Below are positions 1 to 9,418 of a stretch of 64,000 nt of DNA, in pieces. Position 1 is the first letter of the stretch; each line of letters begins with the position of its first letter. The position numbers were made by a program, and so were the translations under genes. Under the pieces are notes generated by a model. That model was given only the letters and a program-made list of their open reading frames with translations. It was not told the DNA's origin and searched no databases. This stretch comes from an uncultured Clostridia bacterium (GTDB lineage: Bacteria > Bacillota > Clostridia > Christensenellales > Borkfalkiaceae). The DNA lies in NCBI GenBank assembly GCA_947630245.1, contig CANRGR010000001.1:11175-75174 (forward strand). Reading direction: 5' to 3'.

Positions 1-229
1 AATTTTTCGCGGGCTCGCGTTTCGCAAGCCCGATGATAAACCTTCCGTTTCCGCATCCCACTTCGAGCTCGACGGGATTATCGTTCCCGAAGAGTTCGGA
101 AAAATCGAGAAGGGCGCGGTAATGCTCCGCCGCCTCCCGAAGGTTGGGCATGGGTCTGCCGCGTGCGACGAGCAAGTCGGCGCACGCCTCCAACCGCGGC
201 TCCAAATGCCGTTTTCTCCGCATCCGCAT
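1..229 (-). CDS. trmB: tRNA (guanine-N7)-methyltransferase TrmB, N-terminal part; gene runs off the left edge
   Basis: Own translation from ATG at 229 (minus): MRMRRKRHLEPRLEACADLL...FGNDNPVELEVGCGNGRFIIGLAKREP. The FGNDNP-x3-EVG-x-G-x-G start of the SAM-binding fold is typical of TrmB. Absent from the ORF track because there is no stop inside the window. Confidence 0.8.
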   Translation of the reverse strand, partial: MRMRRKRHLEPRLEACADLLVARGRPMPNLREAAEHYRALLDFSELFGNDNPVELEVGCGNGRFIIGLAKREPAKN

Positions 230-239
230 TATCTTACCT

Positions 240-668
240 CTATCTGCCCGTGGATCCGAATCCGCCCGCGCCGCGGACGGTCTCGGGAAGGGTCTCCGCC
301 TCGGTAAATTCCGCCGTGTAATAGGGTGCGATCACGAGTTGGGCGATGCGCTCGCCGTCCGAGACCGTTTGGACGCAGCTCCCGTGGTTGTGCAGCGAGA
401 CAATCACCTCGCCGCGGTAATCGCAGTCGATCACCCCCACCTTGTTGGCGGGGGCAAGGTCGCGCTTGCTCGCAAGCCCGCTCCGCGCATAGATGAGCCC
501 GACCGTTCCCTCGGGCAATTCGAGCGCGATCCCCGTGTGCACAAAGACGGTCTGTCCCGCCCCGACGGTATACTCCCCGCAGGCGTACAGATCCGCGCCG
601 GCGGCAAATTCCGAGCCGTATGTGGGCAATTTCGCCCTGTCGCTGAGTTTTTTGACGTTGACTTTCAT
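240..668 (-). CDS. dut: dUTP diphosphatase (dUTPase)
   Basis: Internal Met of ORF 240..848. MKVNVKKLSDRAKLPTYGSEFAAGADLYA...ARSGLASK...GVIDCDYRGEV...RGAGGFGSTG are the classic trimeric dUTPase motifs. Start moved to the ATG at 668; the upstream extension is Arg-rich noise. Confidence 0.9.
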   Translation of the reverse strand: MKVNVKKLSDRAKLPTYGSEFAAGADLYACGEYTVGAGQTVFVHTGIALELPEGTVGLIYARSGLASKRDLAPANKVGVIDCDYRGEVIVSLHNHGSCVQTVSDGERIAQLVIAPYYTAEFTEAETLPETVRGAGGFGSTGR

Positions 669-842
669 CTGTTTCCCTCCGCGCGCCGCGCGTACGCCTC
701 TATGATACGAAAAACGAAGGAATTTGTCAAGAGGAAAACGGAAAATGGCGCGTCCGCGCCGCCGTCCCGTCCGTTTCCGCCGCCCGGATGCAAAATCTTC
801 CCTCTCCTCGATCGGTCGCGGGCAACAATCTTCCCATTTTGC

Positions 843-871
843 TTGCAAAATGCGCGGGAAAATGTTATAAT
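843..871 (+). promoter_or_regulatory. sigma-A type promoter for hybrid kinase 1
   Basis: TTGCAA (843-848), 17-nt spacer, TATAAT (866-871), about 75 nt upstream of the ATG at 948. Confidence 0.55.
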
Positions 872-947
872 CGACATATCATACGGACAAAACTTTTTCT
901 GCTCTGTCCGGCATGGAATCCTCTCGGTGCAAGGAGGAGAGATCCCG

Positions 948-3938
948 ATGAAAAAATGGCTCAACCGAATCATTCCGCCCGCCGTGACGCTTGTCGTCGT
1001 CGGCATTGTCGTCATGATCATCGTCGGTTATTTCCGCTTCATTTCCGTGCAGGTCCGCACGGACAGCGAACGGCATCTCAAAGAAGTCTACGGACAGGTC
1101 ACCCGCTCGTTCCAATCCTTTATCGACAGCAACTGGGGCTTTCTGGAAAGCTGTAAGGAATATTACGCCGCCGTCTCTTCGGACGAGAATCCCGACGATC
1201 CCGCGCAGATGAGACCGTTCATCGAAGCGCAGAAAAAGTATTGGAACTTCACCGAATTCTTCTTCCTCGATGAAAATAGAAATTACTATGCCTTCGGCGC
1301 GGATCAGCGGAGCGGGACGCCGCTTAAAAACGCGCCCGATTCCATGATCCACAACAAGGCTCCCATCATGATGGGCGAAGAGATCAACGGCACGGAAGTC
1401 ACCATGTTCGCCGTTGCGGCGGACGGGGTGTACAAGGGATTCCCGTTCAGCGCGGTCAGCGTCTCTTATACCAATTCCGATCTCGCCGCCTCGCTCGACG
1501 CGGACGCCTTCGAAGAGGACGGCGAATCGCTCGCGGAATGCTACGTCATCCGTCCCGACGGGAGCGTGCTCCTCTCCACCGAAAAGGGCGGGGGCTCCAT
1601 GCGGAACTATTTCGACTATCTCGACGGAATGCTCGACGGGATGGAAATCGCAAAGATCAAGGAAGATCTCAATCGGCTCGCGGAAGAAAAGAACGACGAC
1701 AAAAGAGAGAGCTACGGATATCTGCAATGCAAGATCATGGGCGAGGACCGCTGTCTCATCTATATGCCCATCGACTACGAGTATGCGGATTACTTCTTGC
1801 TCGGCGACGTTCCGCAGACCGCGGTGAGCCAGGGCTTCCTGCTCGCCCAGCGCGCCACGATGCGGGTACTGCTCATCATCTTCTCCCTCATCCTCGCGGC
1901 GCTTCTCATCATTCTCGCACTGCGCATCATCCGTCAATCCAAGCGCAGTAAAAAAGAATTGCAGTACCGGGAGCGGATGTTCGACGTCCTCTCCAACAAC
2001 GTCAACGATATCTTCCTCATGCTGGATCCGCAGACGCAGAAGGTGGACTATATCAGCCCGAACATCGAACGTCTCCTCGGCATCAGCGTCAAAGTCGCCC
2101 GCAGTAACATCCGCGCGATGGCGGCGTGCGCGGTCGATTACAACATCGTCGTCCCGGACGAGGAACTGCGCGCCATCCGCATCGGCGAGAACAAGAGCTG
2201 GGAATGCGAGTATATGCATCAGGCGACGGGCGAACGCAGATGGTACCGCGTCATGATCTATCACATGAGCATTCAGGGCATGGAGAAGTACGTCATCGTC
2301 ATGTCCGACCGCACGCTCGACAAACAGCTCAACCAGAAGTTGCAGGAGGCGCTCGACGCGGCAAAGAGCGCGAACGAGGCGAAGAGCAACTTCCTCTCGA
2401 ATATGTCGCACGACATCCGCACGCCGATGAACGCGATCGTCGGGTTCTCGGTGCTCCTCGAACGGAACGCTTCGGAGCCCGAACTTGTGCGCGAATATAC
2501 GCGCAAGATCATGGCGTCGAGCCATCATCTGCTCTCCCTCATCAACGACGTGCTCGACATGAGCAAGATCGAGAGCGGCAAGACTTCCCTCAATCTGGAA
2601 CGGTTCAGTCTGCCCGACCTGCTCGAAGAGATCAACATCATCATCACGCCGCAAGCGAAGGCAAAGGCGCAGGAATTTTGCATCCACACGCAGGGAATGC
2701 CGCCCAACGACCTCATGGGAGACCGTCTGCGCCTCAACCAGATTCTCTTCAACCTGCTCTCCAATGCCGTCAAATATACGCCCACGGAAGGCAAAATCGA
2801 CTTTACCGTGCAGGAACTGCCCGAACCGTCGCCGCAGTTCACAAAGCTACGCTTCATTGTCAAGGACACCGGCATCGGCATGAGCGAAGAGTTCATCCAA
2901 GAGATCTTCCAGCCGTTCAGCCGCGAGAAAAATTCCGTCGTCAACAAAATTCAGGGCACGGGGCTCGGAATGGCGATCACAAAGAGCCTCGTCGATCTGA
3001 TGGGCGGCATCATCCGCGTGGAGAGCGCGCCCGGGAAGGGAAGCACGTTTACGGTGGAACTCTCCTTCTCCCGCGTCGAAGAGGAGACGCAGGACGCATG
3101 GTTCCGCCAGAAGATCACGCGCATGCTCGTCGCGGACGACGAGGAGGAAATCTGCCTGAATATCCGCGAAATGATGCACGACACGGGCGTGGATGTCGGC
3201 TATGTGACGGACGGTCGCGCCGCCGTGGACGCCGCGGTCCATGCGCACGAACGTCATTCCGATTTCGACGTCATCCTGCTCGACTGGAAGATGCCCCAAA
3301 TGGACGGCGTGGAGACGGCGCGGGCGATCCGCGAAAAGATCGGCTCGGACGTCCCCATCCTCGTGCTTACGTCCTACGATTGGAGCGATATCGAGGCGGA
3401 GGCACGGCAGGCGGGAATCAACGCCTTTATGCCGAAGCCCTTCTTCACGTCCACCTTCTTCCAGACGATCAAACCGCTCTTCTTCCCCACGGAGACGGAG
3501 CCGCAGTCCGCGCCGAGCGGCGTCATGGACGGAAAGCTCTTCCTCGTTGCGGAGGACAACGAGCTCAATGCGGAGATTCTCACCGAGATGCTGCTCATCG
3601 AGGGAGCAAAGTGCGAACTTGCGCAAAACGGCAAAGCCGCCCTCGAACTGTTCGAAAACTCGGAGCCCGGGCGGTACGATCTCATTCTGATGGACGTACA
3701 GATGCCCATCATGAACGGCTATGAGGCGACGCGGGCGATCCGCGCCCTGCCCCGCCCCGACGCAAAGAGCATTCCCATCGTCGCCATGACCGCGAACACC
3801 TTCGCCGAGGACGTGAAAAACGCGCTCGACGCGGGCATGAACGCCCATCTTGCAAAACCGATTGATATGGACGCCGTGAAAAAGACCGTTGCGCGGCTCC
3901 TTGAAAAACATGATTCTTCCGGAGGAGAGACCAAATGA
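948..3938 (+). CDS. hybrid sensor histidine kinase with two C-terminal receiver domains (HK1)
   Basis: ATG at 948 preceded by AAGGAGGAGA (931-940). Architecture: TM, about 280-aa extracytoplasmic region, TM, PAS-like segment, H-box [11 protein letters not shown], HATPase (GTGLGMAI), REC1 (ILLDWKMPQMDG), REC2 (LILMDVQMPIMNG). The ORF-track start at 144 is an upstream extension overlapping dut. Confidence 0.9.
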   Translation: MKKWLNRIIPPAVTLVVVGIVVMIIVGYFRFISVQVRTDSERHLKEVYGQVTRSFQSFIDSNWGFLESCKEYYAAVSSDENPDDPAQMRPFIEAQKKYWNFTEFFFLDENRNYYAFGADQRSGTPLKNAPDSMIHNKAPIMMGEEINGTEVTMFAVAADGVYKGFPFSAVSVSYTNSDLAASLDADAFEEDGESLAECYVIRPDGSVLLSTEKGGGSMRNYFDYLDGMLDGMEIAKIKEDLNRLAEEKNDDKRESYGYLQCKIMGEDRCLIYMPIDYEYADYFLLGDVPQTAVSQGFLLAQRATMRVLLIIFSLILAALLIILALRIIRQSKRSKKELQYRERMFDVLSNNVNDIFLMLDPQTQKVDYISPNIERLLGISVKVARSNIRAMAACAVDYNIVVPDEELRAIRIGENKSWECEYMHQATGERRWYRVMIYHMSIQGMEKYVIVMSDRTLDKQLNQKLQEALDAAKSANEAKSNFLSNMSHDIRTPMNAIVGFSVLLERNASEPELVREYTRKIMASSHHLLSLINDVLDMSKIESGKTSLNLERFSLPDLLEEINIIITPQAKAKAQEFCIHTQGMPPNDLMGDRLRLNQILFNLLSNAVKYTPTEGKIDFTVQELPEPSPQFTKLRFIVKDTGIGMSEEFIQEIFQPFSREKNSVVNKIQGTGLGMAITKSLVDLMGGIIRVESAPGKGSTFTVELSFSRVEEETQDAWFRQKITRMLVADDEEEICLNIREMMHDTGVDVGYVTDGRAAVDAAVHAHERHSDFDVILLDWKMPQMDGVETARAIREKIGSDVPILVLTSYDWSDIEAEARQAGINAFMPKPFFTSTFFQTIKPLFFPTETEPQSAPSGVMDGKLFLVAEDNELNAEILTEMLLIEGAKCELAQNGKAALELFENSEPGRYDLILMDVQMPIMNGYEATRAIRALPRPDAKSIPIVAMTANTFAEDVKNALDAGMNAHLAKPIDMDAVKKTVARLLEKHDSSGGETK

Positions 3939-5185
3939 GAAAATTCTTCCCCATCGGATGCGCCCTTCTGGTTGCGCTCGCGCTTTCGGGCTGCGGCGGA
4001 ACCGGGGAGGACGCGCTCACGCTCATGGGTAAATCGAGCGATCTGCAAAAGCCCTACATGAGAGAAATTTTCGATCATTTCAAAGAGACCACGGGGAAAG
4101 ATCTCGACATCCTCGCCATTGAGGACGCGGAATACGAGACGACGGCGCTCGATCTCCTCCAAAAGGGCGAACTGCCGGACATCTTCCTGCATTTCCATAA
4201 TGCGGATCTCAACCGCTTCGACGTTGCGGAGAACTTCTGTTATCTCAACGACGAAGCGTGGGTGAATGATCTCACGGACAGCGCAAAGGCATACTGCACG
4301 GACGCGGACGGCAACCTGCTCGGGCTCCCCTTCTGGGAGAGCTCCGTCTCGGGCTGTTATTACAATACCAAACTGCTCAAAGGGTTGGGCGCGCCCGCCA
4401 CGCAGGAGGACTTTGACGGGCTCTGCAACGCGCTTTTACGCAAGGGGATCACCCCCATCTGCTGGCCTGCGGACGGCTGTTCCTGGATGGCGCAGTTCGG
4501 GCTCGATCCCATCTTCGCGGACGACCCCGCGCTCCTGCAATCGCTCAACCGCAACGAAATCACCTACGCGGAAATCCCCGCGGTGACAAACATGGTGCAA
4601 TGGATCGCCGACGCGGCGGATCAGGGTTGGTTCGGGGACGATTTCCTCAAAACGGGATGGGACGACATCAGTCCCGCGCTGAGTTCGGGAAAGGCGGCGA
4701 TGACCTTCATCTGGGACACTTGGTTCTATACCGACTTCAAGCCCGGAAACTACACCGTGGACGACTTCGCGCTCATGCCCGTCTTTATGAATACCACCCC
4801 CGGCGGGACTTACGAGGGCGGAAATCTCAATATGATGATGGTGAACAAAAAGAGCGACAAGAAAGATCTCGCGCTCGAATTTCTCTCCTTCTGCGCCACT
4901 CCCGAAAATTACAACGTCGCGTTCTCGGGAATCTCCACCGTCAGCGTATTCAAGGGACAGACGACGAACATCCAATCGGCGATGGTGACGAACGCAATGC
5001 AATCCATCGCCGCACACGAGCGGGTCTCCACGGCGAGCACGAAGATCATCGGATACAGTGCGGAAAACACCGTTGCGGCGCTCAACCGTCTCCTGCGCAA
5101 AAATATCAGCGTGGCGCAATGCATCGCGTCTATGGATTCGGACCGCATCAACGCCGCCGCAAGCCTCGGCACGCCCGGATTTTAA
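3935..5185 (+). CDS. extracellular solute-binding lipoprotein (family-1, sugar-type ABC SBP), orphan
   Basis: Lipobox LALSGC at the N-terminus; length and composition fit sugar-binding SBPs. Its start overlaps the HK1 stop (ATGA at 3935-3938) with GGAGGAGAGA at 3921-3930. No permease or ATPase genes adjacent. Confidence 0.8.
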   Translation: MRKFFPIGCALLVALALSGCGGTGEDALTLMGKSSDLQKPYMREIFDHFKETTGKDLDILAIEDAEYETTALDLLQKGELPDIFLHFHNADLNRFDVAENFCYLNDEAWVNDLTDSAKAYCTDADGNLLGLPFWESSVSGCYYNTKLLKGLGAPATQEDFDGLCNALLRKGITPICWPADGCSWMAQFGLDPIFADDPALLQSLNRNEITYAEIPAVTNMVQWIADAADQGWFGDDFLKTGWDDISPALSSGKAAMTFIWDTWFYTDFKPGNYTVDDFALMPVFMNTTPGGTYEGGNLNMMMVNKKSDKKDLALEFLSFCATPENYNVAFSGISTVSVFKGQTTNIQSAMVTNAMQSIAAHERVSTASTKIIGYSAENTVAALNRLLRKNISVAQCIASMDSDRINAAASLGTPGF

Positions 5186-5212
5186 GTTAGCCGCCGAAAA
5201 TCCAAAATTTTA

Positions 5213-5235
5213 CCGCCCCGCAGGGCGGTTTTTTT
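5213..5235 (+). terminator. rho-independent terminator after the SBP gene
   Basis: CCGCCC-CGCA-GGGCGG followed by TTTTTTT. Confidence 0.8.
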
Positions 5236-5241
5236 ACGGCA

Positions 5242-5266
5242 AAGCCGACCGCAATGCGGTCGGCTT
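5242..5266 (-). terminator. hairpin downstream of pilO (convergent terminator)
   Basis: 11-bp stem AAGCCGACCGC / GCGGTCGGCTT with a 3-nt loop, 17 nt past the pilO stop. Confidence 0.6.
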
Positions 5267-5282
5267 CCGAAGGTTTTACGGA

Positions 5283-5876
5283 TTAACCGTTATCGAGTTC
5301 GTAGAAGTCGATGACGACCGTGACGCCGATCGACGCGCTATCCGGCAGATTGTCCGACCCGCCCGCGAGGCTCAGCGAGGACATCGAGCAGCGGTAACCC
5401 GTCGTCATGAGCGCCATCACGAGATCTTTCGCCCTGTCGTACACGCTCTCCGCGTCGTACTTGTAGGCTTCGTTCACGGTGAAGCGGAAGGTAACTCTCC
5501 GCGTGCGGACGCCGTCCGAGGGCTCGGAGATATTGAAACCGATGTCCGCCTTCATGTCCGCGAAGATCGTATTGAAGATCGCATTGAGCGTTTCCTGTTG
5601 CTCGTTGTTGTTGTAGTCGGGCATTCTGGTCTCGTCGCCGCTCGCCTTGATCTTTTCAAGTTCCTCTTTCATGCGGTCGTATTCGACTTTGAGCGCCTTT
5701 GCAACGTCCATCTGCAACTGGACTTCTTCGAGCTGTTCGTTGACTTCCGCGGTACGGGCGGAGATGGGATAATAGACGAGCCCGAAATAGAGCCCGACGA
5801 GGAGCACCACGAGGAGTACGACGAGAAGGATTTTCTCGCGCAGAGTAAAGCGGCGTTTCAGATACTTATTTGCCAT
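5283..5876 (-). CDS. pilO: PilO-like type IV pilus assembly protein
   Basis: 197 aa with an N-terminal TM (ILLVVLLVVLLVGLYFGLV), a coiled-coil segment and a C-terminal alpha/beta region. It is the last gene of pilM-N-O in a T4P operon. The name rests on context and architecture. Confidence 0.65.
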   Translation of the reverse strand: MANKYLKRRFTLREKILLVVLLVVLLVGLYFGLVYYPISARTAEVNEQLEEVQLQMDVAKALKVEYDRMKEELEKIKASGDETRMPDYNNNEQQETLNAIFNTIFADMKADIGFNISEPSDGVRTRRVTFRFTVNEAYKYDAESVYDRAKDLVMALMTTGYRCSMSSLSLAGGSDNLPDSASIGVTVVIDFYELDNG

Positions 5877-5881
5877 TTCGA

Positions 5882-6511
5882 TTACCTCCCCTCCGAAGGA
5901 TCGTTAAACACGATCGTCATGGTAACGCCCGCGCTCTCGCCGTCTTCGAGATTCGTCCGCGAAACAAAGACGTTGAACACGAGATCATCTTCGCGGATCT
6001 CCTTCTGCATGGCTTCGAGGTCATCACGGGAGACGTCGGCGACATTCAGCACAACGGTATTGTTGCTCGAAATGTTGACGCTCGTAATCTTGCCGCGCTC
6101 GAACACCGTTCTTTCGAGGAGGGCGAGGATCTCCGCGCGGTCGACAATGTTGCGCGGGAAGTTCTCATAGTTGTATTGGCGGTAATCCGCACGGATCTGA
6201 TCGCGGTCGCTCATCGAATTTTGAAGCTGGGAAAGTTCCGTCTCATTCGCGGCGAGCTGTTTTTCCTTTTGTTCGATCTCGCGGTACGGGAGATATGCGC
6301 CGAAATACTCGATGACGAGGAGAACCGCAAAGAAGATGATGAGGATGATGAAAAAGGTTTCGTAAGAAATGCTTTTTCTCTCCTTCATGCAGAGATTGAC
6401 GGTCTCTTTCGAAGAATATTTCGGCGGAACGGGAGCGGCGCCTTGCGCCGAATGGGACGCCACATCGTATTCAACGACCTTGACATCGGCTTCCTTGACT
6501 TTTTTCGCCAT
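5882..6511 (-). CDS. pilN: PilN-like type IV pilus assembly protein
   Basis: Start at the ATG at 6511 (MAKKVKE) with a GGAGGAAAC RBS. Single TM (FFIILIIFFAVLLVIEYF) followed by a coiled coil; lies between pilM and pilO. Confidence 0.65.
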   Translation of the reverse strand: MAKKVKEADVKVVEYDVASHSAQGAAPVPPKYSSKETVNLCMKERKSISYETFFIILIIFFAVLLVIEYFGAYLPYREIEQKEKQLAANETELSQLQNSMSDRDQIRADYRQYNYENFPRNIVDRAEILALLERTVFERGKITSVNISSNNTVVLNVADVSRDDLEAMQKEIREDDLVFNVFVSRTNLEDGESAGVTMTIVFNDPSEGR

Positions 6512-6524
6512 GAAAGTTTCCTCC

Positions 6525-7508
6525 TTATTGCAGAGCGACGCCCGCGGCGGTGGCAATGAGCGGGAAGTCGATTGCGTCTTTGGATTGATTTTCCCCGAAG
6601 AACTCGCTCATATCGGTGAGCGGGATGGGCAGCGTGCCGCGGAGCGTGTTCATGAGCGCCTCGTTGTGGGCGCCGCCGCCGCAGCAATGCAGATGTTCGA
6701 GAGAGCTCCCGCCGTTGAAACGGTAGAAGTTGATCGCTTTGAGCACTTCGAGCGCCATAGCGCCGTACACGGTGCGGCAGGCGTCGAGCTCGTTCGCGCC
6801 GTTGAAGTTGTTCTCGCGGTACGTCCCCGCCATGAAGGAATCGACGCCGAACTTCTCGGAGATGATCTCGTCGAGCGCATTGCAACCGTAGTCGATGACG
6901 CGCACGCCCTCGAAGAGAGTGCCGTCGTAGAGGAAGAGCTTCACGGCGTTGTGTCCGATGTCGAGAATGCCGTGATGATGCGGCGGAACGGACGCCTTGC
7001 GCAGAAGATTCACATAGGCGAACTCCTCGGGAATGATGGTTTTGAGTTTGAATCCCGCCTTGTGGAACATATTGATGTAATCTTCAATCACTTCTTTGCG
7101 GGCGGCCGTTGCGAGCACGTCGAACTCGGGCAGATGATCCTCTCCCGAGCGCACGGCGTTGAGGACGGCGCAGTCGAAGAAGTAATTGCTCTTGTCGTCC
7201 GTGATGAAATCGCGGAATCCGTAGGGCAGATTGAACATCAACTGCTCGCGGGTATTTGCCGCAACGAAGAATCTGCGGCAATAGCAGAGCGGCGCGGGCA
7301 AGATGAGCGCGGCGTTGCGCGTGGGCAATTTCTGCGTCTTGCGGATCTCTTTGAGGAAATCGGACATCGCCTCCAAAGATGTGATGACGCCGTTCTTCAC
7401 GAGATCGGCGGCGATCCGCACGGAAATGCCGCGCACGATCGAGCCCTTCTTCTGGACCGCGATGTGTACCGCATGATTCCCGATGTCGAAACCGATGCAA
7501 TGCTTCAT
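6525..7508 (-). CDS. pilM: PilM, actin-like type IV pilus assembly ATPase
   Basis: 327 aa. N-terminal IGFDIGNHAVHIA and a later GILDIGHNAVKL are phosphate-1/2-like motifs of the actin/HSP70 fold. Position directly after pilD. Confidence 0.8.
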   Translation of the reverse strand: MKHCIGFDIGNHAVHIAVQKKGSIVRGISVRIAADLVKNGVITSLEAMSDFLKEIRKTQKLPTRNAALILPAPLCYCRRFFVAANTREQLMFNLPYGFRDFITDDKSNYFFDCAVLNAVRSGEDHLPEFDVLATAARKEVIEDYINMFHKAGFKLKTIIPEEFAYVNLLRKASVPPHHHGILDIGHNAVKLFLYDGTLFEGVRVIDYGCNALDEIISEKFGVDSFMAGTYRENNFNGANELDACRTVYGAMALEVLKAINFYRFNGGSSLEHLHCCGGGAHNEALMNTLRGTLPIPLTDMSEFFGENQSKDAIDFPLIATAAGVALQ

Positions 7509-7523
7509 GAACGTTCTCCTTTT

Positions 7524-8306
7524 TTATAAAATGAGCGAAAGATACAAATCTATCAGGTCCTGCCCTACGAGGAGGGTGATCACCGTTGCAATCGCAATGG
7601 ACGGACCGAACGGAAACTCCTTTTTGTCCCCCTTCCGCATGGAGAAGGAACAGACGAGCCCGATGATACAGGCGAGCAGGAGCATCAGCAGTCCGCCCAC
7701 GGGACCCGTGAACAGCCCCAACATGGCAAACAGTTTGATGTCCCCTCCGCCGAGGGTCTCCTTTTTGAGGACCATGTCCATCAGCAGGGACAAGACCAAC
7801 GTGCCGCCGCCGTAGATCGCCGCGCCGAGCAACCCGTCCTGTACGCGGGAAGCCGCGCCCCCGTGGGGATACAACATCACCGCAAACAGCACCGCGCCGC
7901 TCACCGTGAGCCCGTCGGGAATCTCCATCGTGTCGTAGTCGATGAGCGAAACGGCAAGGAGCACAGAGAACAGAATGAGATATTCGAGCGTGACGAACGT
8001 GAATCCGAAACGCAGGAAGGTGGCAAGATACAGGAGCGCGCACAAAAGCTCGGTAAAGAGACATCTCGCGGGAATGGGCGCGCCGCAGTTCCGGCACTTG
8101 CCGCGCAGGAACAGGTAGCTGAAAATCGGAATGAGATCGAGCGCGCCGAGCGTTTTGCCGCAGACGGGACAATGACTCCTCCCTTTGAGCACGCTCTCCT
8201 TTGCGACATAGCGATCCGCCGCACAGTTGATGAAACTGCCGAGACAGGCGCCTAAGCAAAAGAGAACAATCGCAAGATAGAGCATGACCGCCGAAGGCAA
8301 TTCCAT
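7524..8306 (-). CDS. pilD: prepilin peptidase (A24 family)
   Basis: Start at the ATG at 8306 (MELPSAVM) with a GGAGGGAAG RBS. N-terminal Cys motif CPVCGKTL...CRNCGAPI, multiple TM segments, GGGDIKL catalytic-Asp region. Confidence 0.9.
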   Translation of the reverse strand: MELPSAVMLYLAIVLFCLGACLGSFINCAADRYVAKESVLKGRSHCPVCGKTLGALDLIPIFSYLFLRGKCRNCGAPIPARCLFTELLCALLYLATFLRFGFTFVTLEYLILFSVLLAVSLIDYDTMEIPDGLTVSGAVLFAVMLYPHGGAASRVQDGLLGAAIYGGGTLVLSLLMDMVLKKETLGGGDIKLFAMLGLFTGPVGGLLMLLLACIIGLVCSFSMRKGDKKEFPFGPSIAIATVITLLVGQDLIDLYLSLIL

Positions 8307-8329
8307 TGATATTCTTCCCTCCTGCGGGA

Positions 8330-8764
8330 TTTGCGCTTTCCCGTCATTCCGCCATTCTTTCCTGTCATTCCGAGGGCACGCAGTGCCCGCCCCGCCCGCA
8401 TTCTTTTTCACGAAGGGCGGCACGAGGAGCGCCAGCGACGAAGTAGTGAATCCCCTCGTTCAAAGCGAACTTCGTATTGGGGGATACACTCCTCCCTCGC
8501 TCCGCTCGGTCGTCGGTATGACAGCGGGGTGCGGACTGCGCTCTTCCTGTCATTCCCCTGTTCTTTCCTGTCATTCCGAACCCCCGAAGGGGGTGAGAGA
8601 ATCCCCTTGTTCAAAACGGACTTCGTATTAGGGGATACACTCGCTACGCTCGGTATGACAGCGGGGCGCGGACTGCGCTCTTCCCTGTCATTCCCCTGTT
8701 CTTTCCTGTCATTCCGAACCCCCGAAGGGGGTGAGAGAATCCCCTCGGTCGATGTTCTTCCCTG
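8330..8764. repeat. intergenic repeat array R1 (about three tandem composite units)
   Basis: Repeated modules: GTCATTCCGA-[hairpin core]-GAGAATCCCC (8364-8455, 8570-8606, 8708-8744), ...ACTTCGTATnnGGGGATACACTC, and GCTCGGT(CGTCGG)TATGACAGCGGGGnGCGGACTGCG. The same modules recur at five other loci. Confidence 0.9.
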
Positions 8765-9040
8765 TCATTCAAGAGAAAGGTCGTTCCATGCAGGATTCCC
8801 CTGCGCTATGAGCTTTACTTTATTGTTATGAGAAAGTTTTTTCACAACTTTCTCGCGTGTAATCGCGTCCTCAATTTGCGTGTACGATTCAAAATAAACC
8901 AACTTCTTTATTTGGTATCTCTTGGTGAACCCGTCGTTCACACCGTTTTTATGCTCGTAAACTCGGCGATTGAGATCGTTTGTGACTCCCGTGTACAACA
9001 CAGTATTGTGTTGGTTTGTCATAATGTAAACGTAATACAT
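8765..9040 (-). CDS. GIY-YIG nuclease family protein (UPF0213/COG2827-like)
   Basis: MYYVYIMTNQHNTVLYTGVTNDLNRRVYEHK... carries the GIY (YVYIM), YTG(V) and R-x3-EH motifs. Clearly more AT-rich than its flanks and embedded between repeat arrays. Confidence 0.85.
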   Translation of the reverse strand: MYYVYIMTNQHNTVLYTGVTNDLNRRVYEHKNGVNDGFTKRYQIKKLVYFESYTQIEDAITREKVVKKLSHNNKVKLIAQGNPAWNDLSLE

Positions 9041-9070
9041 TCAACGCCGTCTTTTTTCACGCCTGTTTGC

Positions 9071-9279
9071 GCCGTCATTCCTCTGTTCTTCCCTGTCATT
9101 CCCCTGTTCTTTCCTGTCATTCCGAACCCCCGAAGGGGGTGAGAGAATCCCCTTGTTCAAAGCGAACTTCGTATCAGGGGATACACTCCTCCCTCGCTCC
9201 GCTCGGTCGTCGGTATGACAGTGGTGTGCGGAACTCGCTCCGCTCGGTCGTCGGTATGACAGTGGTGCGCGGTATGACA
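9071..9279. repeat. intergenic repeat array R2
   Basis: Same modules as R1: GTCATTCC variants 9074-9120, full hairpin module 9113-9152, GGGGATACACTC, and three TATGACA units. Confidence 0.85.
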
Positions 9280-9418
9280 ATTTACGATGTGATAACAGCC
9301 GCAAGGGGGTGCGGGTGTTATGACATCGGGGGGCTTGCGCCCTCCAATGCAACTCTCCGATCCGCCGCATCCCTCATCCCTGTCCGGCGGATCAAAGAGT
9401 TTATGTTTTCAGAATTGA

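Noticed and set aside
144-947. N-terminal 268-aa extension of ORF 144..3938. Similar upstream extensions occur at ORFs 240..848, 7524..8423, 14600..17380, 19786..21591, 23066..25351, 45696..47222, 47057..49126 and 43556..43879.
   Set aside because: The extensions overlap neighbouring genes or intergenic and repeat DNA, lack an RBS and are compositionally aberrant. Internal ATGs with good Shine-Dalgarno sequences coincide with the expected protein N-termini (signal/TM or catalytic motifs).
879-2687. 602-aa ORF antisense to hybrid kinase 1. The same phenomenon occurs at 5058..6170, 10297..11778, 11345..13666, 21759..23264, 23045..25531, 25546..27066, 27063..28634, 29331..31373, 36583..38130, 38848..40716, 40710..42497, 47537..49003, 53429..56824, 60130..62766 and 62789..63757.
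   Set aside because: Each mirrors a confidently identified gene on the other strand. Their translations are Arg/Gly/Asp/His-rich low-complexity strings with no recognisable motifs and no RBS. Long antisense open frames are expected in about 60% GC DNA.
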